Assembly (NCBI GenBank): GCA_963710755.1
Contig: CAVQBK010000013.1
Location: 32,001-96,000 of the forward strand
Origin: an uncultured bacterium
GTDB lineage: Bacteria; Oederibacteriota; JAAXVQ01; JAUVAV01
Reading direction: 5' to 3'
Length of the DNA stretch: 64,000 nt
A model generated the notes under the pieces. That model searched no databases and had not been told where the DNA came from. It saw only the letters and a program-made list of their open reading frames with translations. Positions 1 through 9,786 of this stretch are shown one piece after another; position 1 is the stretch's first letter, and each line of letters starts with the position of its first letter. The translations under genes were made by a program, and so were the position numbers.

Positions 1-606
1 TTTAATTCCATTTTCCAGGTACTCTTCTATTCGCTTTATGCCTGGATCTTCATCACCATTATTCCCAATTGGTTCGGCCTGCATGGGATGGCGGTCCATA
101 TCACTATTGCCCAAATTGCCAAGAGCGTCTTGATCTATTTGGGTATCCCCTTTCTGGCCGGCATGATCACCAGGTTTTCTTTAATCCACTTCAAAGGCAA
201 AGATTGGTATCAACATAAGTTTCTCCCTTTGATCAGCCCGCTCACGCTGATAGCACTATTGTTTACCATCGTGGTCATGTTCTCTCTCAAAGGAGACTAT
301 ATTGTTAAACTGCCGCTCGACGTAGTCAGAATCGCCATTCCCCTGCTGATCTATTTCGTGGTGATGTTTTTTATTTCGTTTTATATGGGCAAGAAGGCCG
401 GGGCGGATTACAGTAAAACCGTCACCCTGTCGTTTACCGCGGCTAGCAATAATTTCGAACTGGCTATTGCCGTGGCGGTGGCGGTATTCGGCATCAACTC
501 CGGGGCGGCTTTCGCCGCGGTTATTGGCCCCTTGGTGGAAGTGCCGGTCCTGATCGGTTTGGTTAATGTGGCCTTAAGATTACAAAGGAGGTACTGGCAT
601 GACTAA
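1..606 (+). CDS. acr3: ACR3 family arsenite efflux transporter (5'-partial)
   Basis: Motifs [48 protein letters not shown]; frame open from the window edge; overlaps arsC. Confidence 0.95.
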   Translation, partial: FNSIFQVLFYSLYAWIFITIIPNWFGLHGMAVHITIAQIAKSVLIYLGIPFLAGMITRFSLIHFKGKDWYQHKFLPLISPLTLIALLFTIVVMFSLKGDYIVKLPLDVVRIAIPLLIYFVVMFFISFYMGKKAGADYSKTVTLSFTAASNNFELAIAVAVAVFGINSGAAFAAVIGPLVEVPVLIGLVNVALRLQRRYWHD

Positions 607-1021
607 GGTGCTGTTTGTATGTGTTCACAATTCCGCCCGCAGCCAAATGGCGGAAGCTTTTTTAAACCAATACGGTGCCGGCCGCTTTGAGGCGGAAAGC
701 GCCGGTCTGGAGCCGGGAAAACTCAACCCCTTGGTGGTGGAGGTCATGCAGGAAGCGGGCATTGATATTTCGATGAATCGAACCAAGAGTGTTTATGATT
801 TTTATAATCAGGGCAAAACTTATAAGTACATCATCACGGTCTGCGCTGAAGGCGAGAACAATTGCCCCTTCTTCCCCGGTGGCGCCCAACATCTGCATTG
901 GACTTTTGATGACCCGTCACGCTTCACCGGTACCGTGGAAGATAAGTTGGCCAAGACGCGGGTAATTAGAGATCGGATTGAAGCCAAAATTAAAGACTGG
1001 ATGAACACCATTGGGGCCTGA
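599..1021 (+). CDS. arsC: Thioredoxin-type arsenate reductase (LMW-PTP fold)
   Basis: [13 protein letters not shown]-loop, distal Cys pair, HWTFDDP; directly after acr3. Confidence 0.92.
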   Translation: MTKVLFVCVHNSARSQMAEAFLNQYGAGRFEAESAGLEPGKLNPLVVEVMQEAGIDISMNRTKSVYDFYNQGKTYKYIITVCAEGENNCPFFPGGAQHLHWTFDDPSRFTGTVEDKLAKTRVIRDRIEAKIKDWMNTIGA

Positions 1022-1027
1022 GGTGCA

Positions 1028-1076
1028 ATAGCTCAAATTTGATCTGACCATACTTGTCAGATCAAATTTGAGCTAT
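1028..1076. repeat. Perfect 21-bp inverted repeat with 7-nt loop (MITE-like palindrome, possibly also a terminator)
   Basis: atagctcaaatttgatctgac-catactt-gtcagatcaaatttgagctat; arm recurs at 8405-8425. Confidence 0.85.
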
Positions 1077-1356
1077 CACACCTAAATATGGTTTTGGAGT
1101 GCTTGAAAATTTCCCTCAATAGGGCTGTCCAACCTGCCTTGGCGTTCGTTTCACAACTTGATTTAATAGTTTCTCATCCCCGTTAGATACATTTCTGTCA
1201 TTAATTTTGCGTTTATACATTTCGGAAAGAATTATGCAGCGCGATTTTAATATAAATCCTGGAAATATAACTTCATTGCCATTGCGACTTTTGGCCTGGA
1301 TTTTGCTCTCTATAATCACCAATAACTTAGGGGCTTCGGCCGGAAAGGACAACATA

Positions 1357-1650
1357 ATGTGTGACGGTCAGCAATGCTGCAAATGCGGTTCCATGCGGAA
1401 TAATTGGGAAAAGGTTCTGGAATATGCTTCAAGTCCTATCCATGGAACCATGTCGCGCAAACTGAGAAAAGGAGTGAAGCTTCAGGTCAACAACAATGTT
1501 ATTTATTCGGAAGCTTCCATTTTCATTAATGACAATTTTTTGCGTTTTGTGGTCAAGGGCGACCATAACGAAATGGTCAACACCTACTATGATCTGCGAA
1601 AAATAAGTTCGCTGGCCACCATCAGCGAAGAAAAAGAATCCGGAGATTAG
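1357..1650 (+). CDS. Hypothetical protein with Cys-rich N-terminus
   Basis: RBS ggaaagga before ATG 1357 (preferred over ORF start 1207); 2 bp from next gene. Confidence 0.7.
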   Translation: MCDGQQCCKCGSMRNNWEKVLEYASSPIHGTMSRKLRKGVKLQVNNNVIYSEASIFINDNFLRFVVKGDHNEMVNTYYDLRKISSLATISEEKESGD

Positions 1651-1652
1651 TC

Positions 1653-2087
1653 ATGGCTTATGAAGAGGACCCGCCCAACTGGAAGATCTGGCTCGACAAT
1701 GGCATCGGGTATGAAGGGTCGGCCCGGGGCAAGAACGGAAAACCCAGTATGTTTTCCACCACCATCCAATATAATCTCATTGCCCTGGCCTTGGAAAGTT
1801 ATGTCATGGCCATGGTCAATTACCATGGCCAGTTGCCGGAAAATCATACCTTTACTGATCTTATACGGGCTTGGGAGGCCATCAGGCCTCTTGATCCTGG
1901 CTTGAAGGCCACCATATTGAAATACGAGGATATGCAAGCGCTTTGTTCCATTGAGCATTACAACCGCTATGTACCCACTGCAGCGGATATTGAGGAACTG
2001 TCACAAGCCGTCTCAAAGCTAGGGGCTGTAGCCAAGGCTACTTGTCTGGGAACTACCGCCCCTTCTGTGGCCCCGAGCTCGCCATGA
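1653..2087 (+). CDS. HEPN-like domain protein
   Basis: ALESYVMAM...LPENHTFTDL resembles the HEPN E..KA....H.L..L pattern; ATGA overlap with next gene. Confidence 0.55.
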   Translation: MAYEEDPPNWKIWLDNGIGYEGSARGKNGKPSMFSTTIQYNLIALALESYVMAMVNYHGQLPENHTFTDLIRAWEAIRPLDPGLKATILKYEDMQALCSIEHYNRYVPTAADIEELSQAVSKLGAVAKATCLGTTAPSVAPSSP

Positions 2088-2401
2088 TTGCCAAAAATCC
2101 TTTGGGAATGATCATGAACATGGTTGAAGCCATGGGACTGGAAGTCACCTATGCTTATGATGATTTGGTGTTTGTGGCTCACAATGCTTTTTTGCTGCAG
2201 ATGACACAGACGCCTCGGGAGGTCAACTTTTATTTTAATCAGCAGACCGATCCCAACATGAGAGATACCCTTGCCCGCAAATTAAGCGATCACGGACAAG
2301 AAAAGGGGTTATTACTTATTAATAAGGGTTTTTTCACCTTGGAATCAGCGGACGGGAACGAAGAATTCAAAGTAATTTTTTCCTCAAGTGATCAACCGTA
2401 A
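2084..2401 (+). CDS. Hypothetical protein
   Basis: ATGA-coupled start; YAYDDLVFVAHNAFLLQM segment looks protein-like. Confidence 0.7.
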   Translation: MIAKNPLGMIMNMVEAMGLEVTYAYDDLVFVAHNAFLLQMTQTPREVNFYFNQQTDPNMRDTLARKLSDHGQEKGLLLINKGFFTLESADGNEEFKVIFSSSDQP

Positions 2402-3107
2402 ACAACGCAACCTGCTGCCGGCACGGTCATTAGCACGGTTTTGCCGTTTTTGGCTTCAACCGGCAGTTCCCGGCCTATTAATTGATCATCAGTGGAAAAT
2501 AAGCACTTGACCTTATTCCCTTCTACATTCAGATCATGGTCAACCGTCACCCAAGCCGTCAAGGCATGATCAGGATCCGTATTGATGGCCACCACCAATT
2601 CCTGGTTGTTGAACAGCCTTGACCAGGCAATGATTGAATTAATACGGCCGCCCCATGATATGGGCAGGCCAAAATCAACACCATTACCTGAAATAGGCCT
2701 CAGGTATTGCCGCCCGCGGCGCAGTTCTATGCGCTCTTGTCTAAGCACCAGCAATTGAAATATCTTTTTATAGAGCGTGGTCTCTTCATCAATAAAATGG
2801 CGATTTTGGCTTTCAAAAGCGCCAAAACTGCCGCCGAACATGGCTTCGCGCAAGTAACGGTCACTATCACCGTGGCCGTTAAAAGCCTGCTCCGTGCCAT
2901 AGTAAATGCAGGGAATGCCCAAGGTGGTGGCCATTAGGGCGACAACATTGAAGACCAATTTTTCATTTTGCTGTCCAGGGCTTTCATCATAACAGAATCT
3001 GGCTTTGTGCTGCCCTTTGCGCACCTGATCATGATCGTCAAAAGTGGTGACCACTTTATTCTTGAACCACACATGCGATTCCTTTTGCACCAGCAAGGAG
3101 TTGCGTC
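2392..3107 (-). pseudogene. 5'-truncated GH13 alpha-amylase family gene (C-terminal part)
   Basis: FDDHDQVR (region IV), GIPCIYYGTEQ, C-terminal beta domain; frame stops (TAA) at the RAYT left repeat; catalytic N-terminal regions absent. Confidence 0.85.
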
Positions 3108-3110
3108 GTT

Positions 3111-4175
3111 AGGGGACGGGGTCAACTAATTCAACATAGGTCCCTCTGCCAATTTCCGCCCTCGCTCTTTCGCCTTGCTTGCTGCAGATACACTCATGCG
3201 GGTCGCGCCAGCCATATATTTCACAGTTTTCCCGAAATAATCCACTCCTGTATAAATCAACACTGCCTTTGCCTTTGAGACACTATCCGTCCGGCCTTTT
3301 TGGTATAAAGCTTCTTCTGCAATATTAAATCTCCGGGCAATTTTGGCTGCTGCTTCTGGCAAACTGCCCTGCTTTTTAAATTGTCTTTTTATTTTTTCAT
3401 CTTCCTCAACTGCTGCAAGCGTTTTTCCAACAAAATCCCCGCTCCCCAAAATCCTGGCGTCCGCCTGTTGCCGATCCCCGCCCTTCTTCAGGCTTAACAC
3501 ATTTTCCCATCCGCCGGCGCTCCGCAGCAATCCCCCGCCTGTCAAATCCCTGCGTTTTTTCTCTCCCCAGCTTTCAAAAAGAAATTCTGCATATTTTTTT
3601 TGCGCCTGGGAAAGCTTCGGCCCAAATCGTGACAAAATCTCATCGGTTTCCTGCCACACGCGCGAAATTTTCCCCATCAGGGCCGAGTGCCCCGTATAGG
3701 GATAATCATTCAAATCATCCATACTTTTCACCAACCCCGCCCTTACGGGATTCAGATGGATATAGCGGACCAGCTCCAATAAATAGGTTTCCTCCTCACA
3801 GACAATGGACTTATACCGGTTTTGAAAGAGATACCCACTCCGCTTATGACGGTGATTGAAAGCCACGGCATATCCGGTCATAAGGCGGCGCATAAAACCG
3901 GACAGGCCGCCGCTCCCTGATCGTACCAGTAGATGCAGATGATTGGGCATGAGCGCCCAAGCGTAAATTTGATTGGGGGATTTGGAAAGAGCGGAAGGCA
4001 GCCTTTCGAGAAAGTCGCGATAATCGCTGCTATTACGGAAAATAGTCCTGCGCTCAATGCCGCGCGCAATAACGTGATGAAGCAGACCCGGAGAATCAAT
4101 TCGAGCTTGTCTAGGCATGCTGAAATCTTATCCCTGTATTGTCAAGAATTAGTTGATTAGATGACTCCGTCCCCT
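3111..4175. mobile_element. RAYT cassette bounded by inverted repeats
   Basis: Left aggggacggggtcaactaattc (3111-3132); right gaattagttga[ttagatga]ctccgtcccct (4146-4175) is its reverse complement with an 8-nt insert and 1 mismatch. Confidence 0.7.
3126..4118 (-). CDS. REP-associated tyrosine transposase (RAYT, Y1 HUH) with C-terminal helical/HTH extension
   Basis: MPRQAR, HHVIARG, ALMPNHLHLL (HUH), LFQNRYKS, RYIHLNPVRAG. Confidence 0.93.
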   Translation of the reverse strand: MPRQARIDSPGLLHHVIARGIERRTIFRNSSDYRDFLERLPSALSKSPNQIYAWALMPNHLHLLVRSGSGGLSGFMRRLMTGYAVAFNHRHKRSGYLFQNRYKSIVCEEETYLLELVRYIHLNPVRAGLVKSMDDLNDYPYTGHSALMGKISRVWQETDEILSRFGPKLSQAQKKYAEFLFESWGEKKRRDLTGGGLLRSAGGWENVLSLKKGGDRQQADARILGSGDFVGKTLAAVEEDEKIKRQFKKQGSLPEAAAKIARRFNIAEEALYQKGRTDSVSKAKAVLIYTGVDYFGKTVKYMAGATRMSVSAASKAKERGRKLAEGPMLN

Positions 4176-4642
4176 TTATCCAATTTCTTGAATTTTCCAG
4201 TTTCCCTGGCGCTTAAGACCAGGTCTTTAATGTCCTTTGGCAGTTGTTGATCCTGCCACTGCCGTTCCTGCTCCGTTGACTGTCCCGCTTGTTTGACGGC
4301 TTTTAAAGCATACCATGCCGGCCCTAAGGCATGATCAGCCATGTGAGCCGTGGCCACGGCATGCCCTACGGCACGTGCCACTGCACAGGCCACCGCATCA
4401 GACGCTTCCCTGGCAGCTGCATGGGCCTGTACCGCTGCTTTTCTAGCATCACCCACCGTGGCGTTTCCTTCTTGCCAAGCCCGGGCCACTTGCAAGGCCT
4501 GGATAAGACGTTCATCCATAGTCTTGCCAAACAGCGGCAACACATGCCCGGCACACGCACAGGCCCATTGCATCAACTGACGATGCTGTTCTTTTTGCAG
4601 CGGTCCACCGCGATGGGCGGCTATAAAACGCTTGTCACGCAT
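4157..4642 (-). CDS. Imm5-like putative immunity protein
   Basis: WACACAGHVL, ARAVGHAVATAHMADHALG, ERQWQ motifs. Confidence 0.75.
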   Translation of the reverse strand: MRDKRFIAAHRGGPLQKEQHRQLMQWACACAGHVLPLFGKTMDERLIQALQVARAWQEGNATVGDARKAAVQAHAAAREASDAVACAVARAVGHAVATAHMADHALGPAWYALKAVKQAGQSTEQERQWQDQQLPKDIKDLVLSARETGKFKKLDKGDGVI

Positions 4643-4833
4643 TGGGGTTCACCTCATTTTTTTACTTTAAATTATAACCATAGCCGTTTTTCTGTATAGG
4701 CTGTTGACCGTTTTTAATCGACTTTTTCAGCTACCCAATAGTGGTGTTGATTTTGATTAACTTTCCCCAATAAAATTATGGCCGCGGGGTCCAACAAGCG
4801 GTTGAAAAATATTAGGCAAAGGAGATGAGGATC

Positions 4834-5235
4834 ATGGCTGAGAAAAATCCTGTAACGCATTTCGAAATGCCTTATGAAGACAAAGATCGTTTGGTCAATT
4901 TTTACTCGTCTGTTTTTGGCTGGGACATGCAGGCCATGGGTGAAGACATGGGTTATTATGTGACTGCCGCCACCACCGAGACCGACGAAAACAGAATGGT
5001 TAAGACACCGGGCACGATCAATGGCGGCTTTTTTCCCAAAAATGCCCAAACCGAAGGCCTGGCCCCTTCGGTGGTCATCGCCGTTAAGGACATCAAAGAG
5101 GCTATGAAAAATATATCTTCCTCCGGCGGAACAGTCTTGGGTGAGCCTATGGAGATTCCGGGCATTGGTCAGTATGTTTCCTTTACCGACACCGAGGGCA
5201 ACCGGGTAAGTATTTTAGAACCTAAAAACAAGTGA
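4834..5235 (+). CDS. VOC/glyoxalase family protein
   Basis: PVTHFEMP, FYSSVFGW, INGG, FTDTEGNRV. Confidence 0.9.
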   Translation: MAEKNPVTHFEMPYEDKDRLVNFYSSVFGWDMQAMGEDMGYYVTAATTETDENRMVKTPGTINGGFFPKNAQTEGLAPSVVIAVKDIKEAMKNISSSGGTVLGEPMEIPGIGQYVSFTDTEGNRVSILEPKNK

Positions 5236-5244
5236 CCACGCCGT

Positions 5245-6066
5245 TTATTTATGTCTTTCCTGCAATACAGCAGCGGCGACACCTTTAACCCGGGACGTGC
5301 CGGGGAGGGTTCGGTAGAAAGAATATTTTTTCTCGAGGCTGGCCAACTGGAGAGGATCATTGGCAGCCTGAACGAGGGAAAGAAAGTAGGCTTTTTGTTC
5401 TTCCAAAGCGTCAAGATCAGAGAGGGGCCCATGACCGGGCACCACCGTCTTAGCAGGATAAGTTTGGATAAGATGGTCCAGAGCTTTGATCCATTGCCGG
5501 ATGCTCCCGCTACCCTCCTTACCCACCACCGGGACCCAGTGATGGAATACCAGATCGCCGGTCATAAGCAGTTGGCGCTTGGCAAAATAAACGGCTAAGT
5601 CATTGCCAGAATGCGCCGGGCCGGTATTGTAAAGTTTTATAATTTCATCGCCAAAGGTAAGCTCTCTTTCTTTACCCGGTGGCACTGTGTTGGCATCCGT
5701 CTCCTGGCCTCCTGTGATAATCCTTGCATTGGAGAACAACTTGTTCCCACCTATATGGTCGATGTGAGCATGGGTATTAACAATGGTAATCCTATAATCT
5801 CTTGCAGCCCGGACTTGCCTTTTTATTTTCCTGGCGCCTAATCCAAACTTGGTATCCACAATTAGGAACTGTTTGGTTTGGGCGGATTTGAGAATGACCG
5901 AATTTCCTCCGCCGCCAAGCATAATTGTCAGGTCCGGATCAAGGGATATAGTGGAAGTGCGCAGGAAAACCCACAGTAAAGGACCTGCATATAAAACCAA
6001 TGCCGCGAAGAGGGCACCCAGCCCTGCCAGCACCCAAAGTAAAATTGTTAACATCATGTCTCCCAT
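5245..6066 (-). CDS. Membrane-anchored MBL-fold metallo-hydrolase
   Basis: THAHIDHIGGN, AHS, TGDLVF, VPGHG; N-terminal TM segment. Confidence 0.88.
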   Translation of the reverse strand: MGDMMLTILLWVLAGLGALFAALVLYAGPLLWVFLRTSTISLDPDLTIMLGGGGNSVILKSAQTKQFLIVDTKFGLGARKIKRQVRAARDYRITIVNTHAHIDHIGGNKLFSNARIITGGQETDANTVPPGKERELTFGDEIIKLYNTGPAHSGNDLAVYFAKRQLLMTGDLVFHHWVPVVGKEGSGSIRQWIKALDHLIQTYPAKTVVPGHGPLSDLDALEEQKAYFLSLVQAANDPLQLASLEKKYSFYRTLPGTSRVKGVAAAVLQERHK

Positions 6067-6298
6067 CAGTGCTGAATCATAAAAACAAATCGATTATAAA
6101 ATAACCTTGCACCTTAAACAAGCTGCAGATGATCCTACTACCAAGTGCTGGTGCAATGCTATAATCAAAATCACCAAAATTTTTCCAAACCCTCTGCATC
6201 TATCACCAGGGTCTCTTTGGTGGCGATAAAGTGCGAATAGTGTATCCATTGGCCGCCGCCCTATCGTCGGACAAAATTTCCAAAGGAGGCTTATCCTC

Positions 6299-8398
6299 AT
6301 GAAAATATGGCCTGGTCAACCGTACCCCCTGGGTGCGGTGTACGATGGTTCCGGTACCAACTTCTCGTTGTTTTCACAGGTCGCCGAAAAAGTTGAACTG
6401 TGCTTGTTTGATGACCAAGGTCGCGAGACGCGTGTGGAATTGCCGGAAGTAACCGGTTATTGCCATCATGGGTACCTGCCCGAAGTGGAACCTGGACAAC
6501 GCTATGGATTTCGCGTCCATGGCCCCTGGGATCCGGCCAATGGCCATCGTTGTAATCCGGCCAAACTACTGCTCGATCCCTATGCCAAGGCTTTTGACGG
6601 TGAAGTGCAATGGAACGAAGCGGTTTTTCCCTACTATTTCAATAATCCCGAATCCAGCAAAAACGATCTCGACAGTGCAGCTTTCATGCCGCGCAGTGTG
6701 GTCCATCAGCCTTATTTCGATTGGAACGGGGATCGTCGCCTGCAATTACCCTGGCACGAAACGGTCATTTATGAAGCCCATGTGAAAGGTCTCACGGCAA
6801 CCCATCCGGCTATCCCGGCCGCGTTGCGCGGCACCTATGCCGGACTGGCCCAACCGGCTGTCATTGATTACTTAAAAGATCTTGGCATCACAGCTATTGA
6901 GCTCATGCCGGTTCATCATTTCATCCAGGACAAGACCCTGCTGGAAAAAGGCTTGCACAACTATTGGGGATATAATTCCATCGGCTACTTGGCACCGCAC
7001 CAAGCCTATGCGGCCGACAAACGTCCCGAAGGGGCCGTGGCGGAATTCAAACATATGGTCAGAACCCTGCATCAAGCCGGTATCGAGGTTATCCTGGACG
7101 TGGTCTACAACCACACTGCCGAGGGCAATCATCTGGGACCCATGCTCAGCTTCAAAGGTATTGACAATGCTTATTATTACCGGCTGGGCGAAGACAAGCG
7201 TTATTACACGGATTACACCGGCACCGGCAACAGCATGAATATGCGCAATCCGCACGTCCTGCAACTGATCATGGATTCCCTGCGTTATTGGATTCTGGAG
7301 ATGCATGTGGATGGCTTCCGTTTTGATCTGGCCGCTACCTTGGCCCGTGAATTACATGATGTGGACAAACTGTCCGCCTTTTTTGACATCATTCAGCAGG
7401 ATCCGGTAATCAGCCAGGTCAAACTCATTGCCGAGCCATGGGATGTGGGCAAAGGCGGTTATCAGGTAGGCAATTTCCCGCCCGTGTGGACCGAATGGAA
7501 CGGCAAATACCGGGACTGTGTGCGCGATTTCTGGCATAGCCGGGATCAGACTTTGGGAGAATTTGCATTTCGCCTAACAGGCAGTTCTGATTTGTATGAA
7601 AATACTTCTCGTCTGCCCTACGCCAGCATCAATTTCATCACCGCCCATGACGGGTTTACGCTTAATGATCTGGTATCCTACAATAAAAAGCATAACCTGG
7701 CCAACAAGGAAAACAATCGAGACGGTTCTGATGACAACCGTTCCTGGAATTGCGGCGCCGAAGGCCCCAGTGATGCGCCCGCCATTCTGGTCTTGCGCGC
7801 CAGGCAAAAGCGTAATTTCCTTACCACCCTCATGCTATCCCAAGGCGTCCCCATGCTGCTCGGCGGCGATGAATTTGGCCGCACTCAACAAGGCAACAAC
7901 AATGCCTACTGTCAGGACAATGACCTCTCCTGGTTCCACTGGGACAAAGTGGATGATGAGTTGTTGTCGTTCACCCAAGAGCTGATCCGCTTTCGTCGCA
8001 ATCACCCAGTATTCAGGCGGCGCGGCTGGTTTCAGGGCAGGACCATACATGGAAGTGATATCAGTGACATCGCCTGGTTCACCATGGACGGTGAAAAAAT
8101 GGCTGAAGAAAATTGGGAAGAGGGTTTTGCCAAATCGCTTGGTGTCTTTCTCAATGGCACGGCCATCCCCAATCCCAATTCCTTTGGCGAGCCGGTTAAG
8201 GATGACGATTTTTATCTCATCTTCAATGCCAGTGAATTGCCGCTAACGTTTATCCTGCCAGGCTCGGACTGGGGTGAAAAGTGGCTCAAGGAGCTGGATA
8301 CACAGACCGGCTGGCTGGACGGGAAGACGATTCTTAACGCCGGCAACCGGATTGAGGTTGAAGCCCGATCGGTGGTGATATTGCGCCGTATCGATTAA
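6299..8398 (+). CDS. glgX: Glycogen debranching enzyme
   Basis: NYWGYN, DVVYNHTAEG, DGFRFDLA, IAEPWD, TAHDGFTL, GNNNAYCQDN. Confidence 0.97.
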   Translation: MKIWPGQPYPLGAVYDGSGTNFSLFSQVAEKVELCLFDDQGRETRVELPEVTGYCHHGYLPEVEPGQRYGFRVHGPWDPANGHRCNPAKLLLDPYAKAFDGEVQWNEAVFPYYFNNPESSKNDLDSAAFMPRSVVHQPYFDWNGDRRLQLPWHETVIYEAHVKGLTATHPAIPAALRGTYAGLAQPAVIDYLKDLGITAIELMPVHHFIQDKTLLEKGLHNYWGYNSIGYLAPHQAYAADKRPEGAVAEFKHMVRTLHQAGIEVILDVVYNHTAEGNHLGPMLSFKGIDNAYYYRLGEDKRYYTDYTGTGNSMNMRNPHVLQLIMDSLRYWILEMHVDGFRFDLAATLARELHDVDKLSAFFDIIQQDPVISQVKLIAEPWDVGKGGYQVGNFPPVWTEWNGKYRDCVRDFWHSRDQTLGEFAFRLTGSSDLYENTSRLPYASINFITAHDGFTLNDLVSYNKKHNLANKENNRDGSDDNRSWNCGAEGPSDAPAILVLRARQKRNFLTTLMLSQGVPMLLGGDEFGRTQQGNNNAYCQDNDLSWFHWDKVDDELLSFTQELIRFRRNHPVFRRRGWFQGRTIHGSDISDIAWFTMDGEKMAEENWEEGFAKSLGVFLNGTAIPNPNSFGEPVKDDDFYLIFNASELPLTFILPGSDWGEKWLKELDTQTGWLDGKTILNAGNRIEVEARSVVILRRID

Positions 8399-8404
8399 GA
8401 TTTA

Positions 8405-8710
8405 ATAGCTCAAACTTAATCTGACCAATAATGTCATCACCGTTGAGAAAACAGTGCCGTAGTAGGATGAGCTTTTCAGGTTAATTTAATTTTGTTAGGT
8501 CTATTTCGAAAGCCGACTGCCGAATGTGGGCAGCCTTAGCTTGCGAAAAGGTGGTAAAACTAATCCTTTTCGCAAATACTTTCTCAAAAGACCTAACGAA
8601 GTAGATTTTAAAACAAAATAAAAAGTCTCAGAACTTAATGTCTCAAGTAATAAGCACGATGTGATGATAATGCAGAACGGACAATGAGGGTAAGATTAAG
8701 TTTGGATTAT
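8405..8710. repeat. Nested palindromic (MITE-like) element
   Basis: Outer 21-bp IR (17/21 match), inner IR taggtct..agaccta (8496-8595), central hairpins including ttgcgaaaagg/ccttttcgcaa. Confidence 0.7.
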
Positions 8711-8759
8711 GACAATTAAAAATACTGTACGTTACGCAAAGGTGACACTTAAAACTAAA

Positions 8760-8790
8760 AAACACCGCGCCATTATTTGCGAGGTGTTTT
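8760..8790. terminator. Probable bidirectional intrinsic terminator
   Basis: aaaacaccgc...gcgaggtgtttt between convergent genes. Confidence 0.5.
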
Positions 8791-8878
8791 CAAAAGAGCT
8801 TTTGTCCACGGGCTCTGGTTAAAGTCCTCCAGCACTAAACGGCGGACTTGTAGGTGTTGTTTGCTAATCCCTGCTTTT

Positions 8879-9436
8879 TCAGTCCGTCCAGGTCACATGC
8901 CAACGGCGGGCCTGAAGATCACGATTGTCGATTTTTATTTCGATATTGATTTTGCCGGTAATTTCGAACATCCCTTCAATATATCCCGCGATAAAATCCA
9001 GGTTGACCGAGGTCAGTTCCGGATCGCCCATGACACAAAACACGAATTTACGGTTTTGTTCGTCGCACATCTCCATCACCGGCTTGCCGGTATCATAAAA
9101 AGTCTCCCAAATTTTGGTGCCTTGGGAAAAAATGCCACGCACTGAGGGGTCCTTGAAGAGCATGGCGTAAATACCTTCATCCTTCAAATTGTCATGAGCA
9201 CATTCCCGTCCCATTTCCCAAACTCCATTGTAATGGTCGGGATACAGCACCTGGCCGGCCGCAGCCATGATGGCCGCAGCCACTTTGACCGGCACCCAGG
9301 AAACGGACAAGGTGTTTTTATAAATAGAAAAGTCTTCGGGACTCAACTTACTTTTCAATGCTGCTTCTTTGTTGGCGCCCGCATTTTTAAATAAGGACCG
9401 GATAGTGGTGATATCGGTACCTTTCAATTTGGACAT
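8879..9436 (-). CDS. Hypothetical protein, DUF2378/V4R-like fold
   Basis: KLKG N-terminus, SWVPV, IWETFYDTG, FIAGYIEG; RBS ggagga. Confidence 0.55.
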   Translation of the reverse strand: MSKLKGTDITTIRSLFKNAGANKEAALKSKLSPEDFSIYKNTLSVSWVPVKVAAAIMAAAGQVLYPDHYNGVWEMGRECAHDNLKDEGIYAMLFKDPSVRGIFSQGTKIWETFYDTGKPVMEMCDEQNRKFVFCVMGDPELTSVNLDFIAGYIEGMFEITGKINIEIKIDNRDLQARRWHVTWTD

Positions 9437-9720
9437 GGTAATCCTCCATGCTTTTTACCCTTGACCCGAACTTTTCACCAATTAATATCGGGATTATTTA
9501 ACCATGACTTTAAGTACTTTAATAGGGTGAAGCCGTTCTGCAGTCAGGCCTCATGCCGGCGGAGGGCACAACCAAGCTGGTTGGAAAGTGATCACAGCCT
9601 GATTTTCAATTGCCATGACCAAGCAGTAATTAACCAAAACAAGCCCCCTTCCCATTGGTCCGAACAACCCGTTATGCCTGGGGAAAGTCCTTTTAATAGG
9701 CCAGGATACTCATTGATACG

Positions 9721-9749
9721 TTGACTTGAATTTGGAGAGCTAGTAGAAT
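9721..9749 (+). promoter_or_regulatory. Sigma70-type promoter
   Basis: TTGACT-N17-TAGAAT 37 bp before the ATG. Confidence 0.6.
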
Positions 9750-9786
9750 AAAAAAAGTTTACAACCTTGTAGTTGCAAAGGACATT

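Noticed and set aside
1207-1356. Extended N-termini in the ORF track (also gap, sugar porter, helicase, PKS, hemerythrin)
   Set aside because: Downstream ATGs have clear RBSs and match family N-termini.
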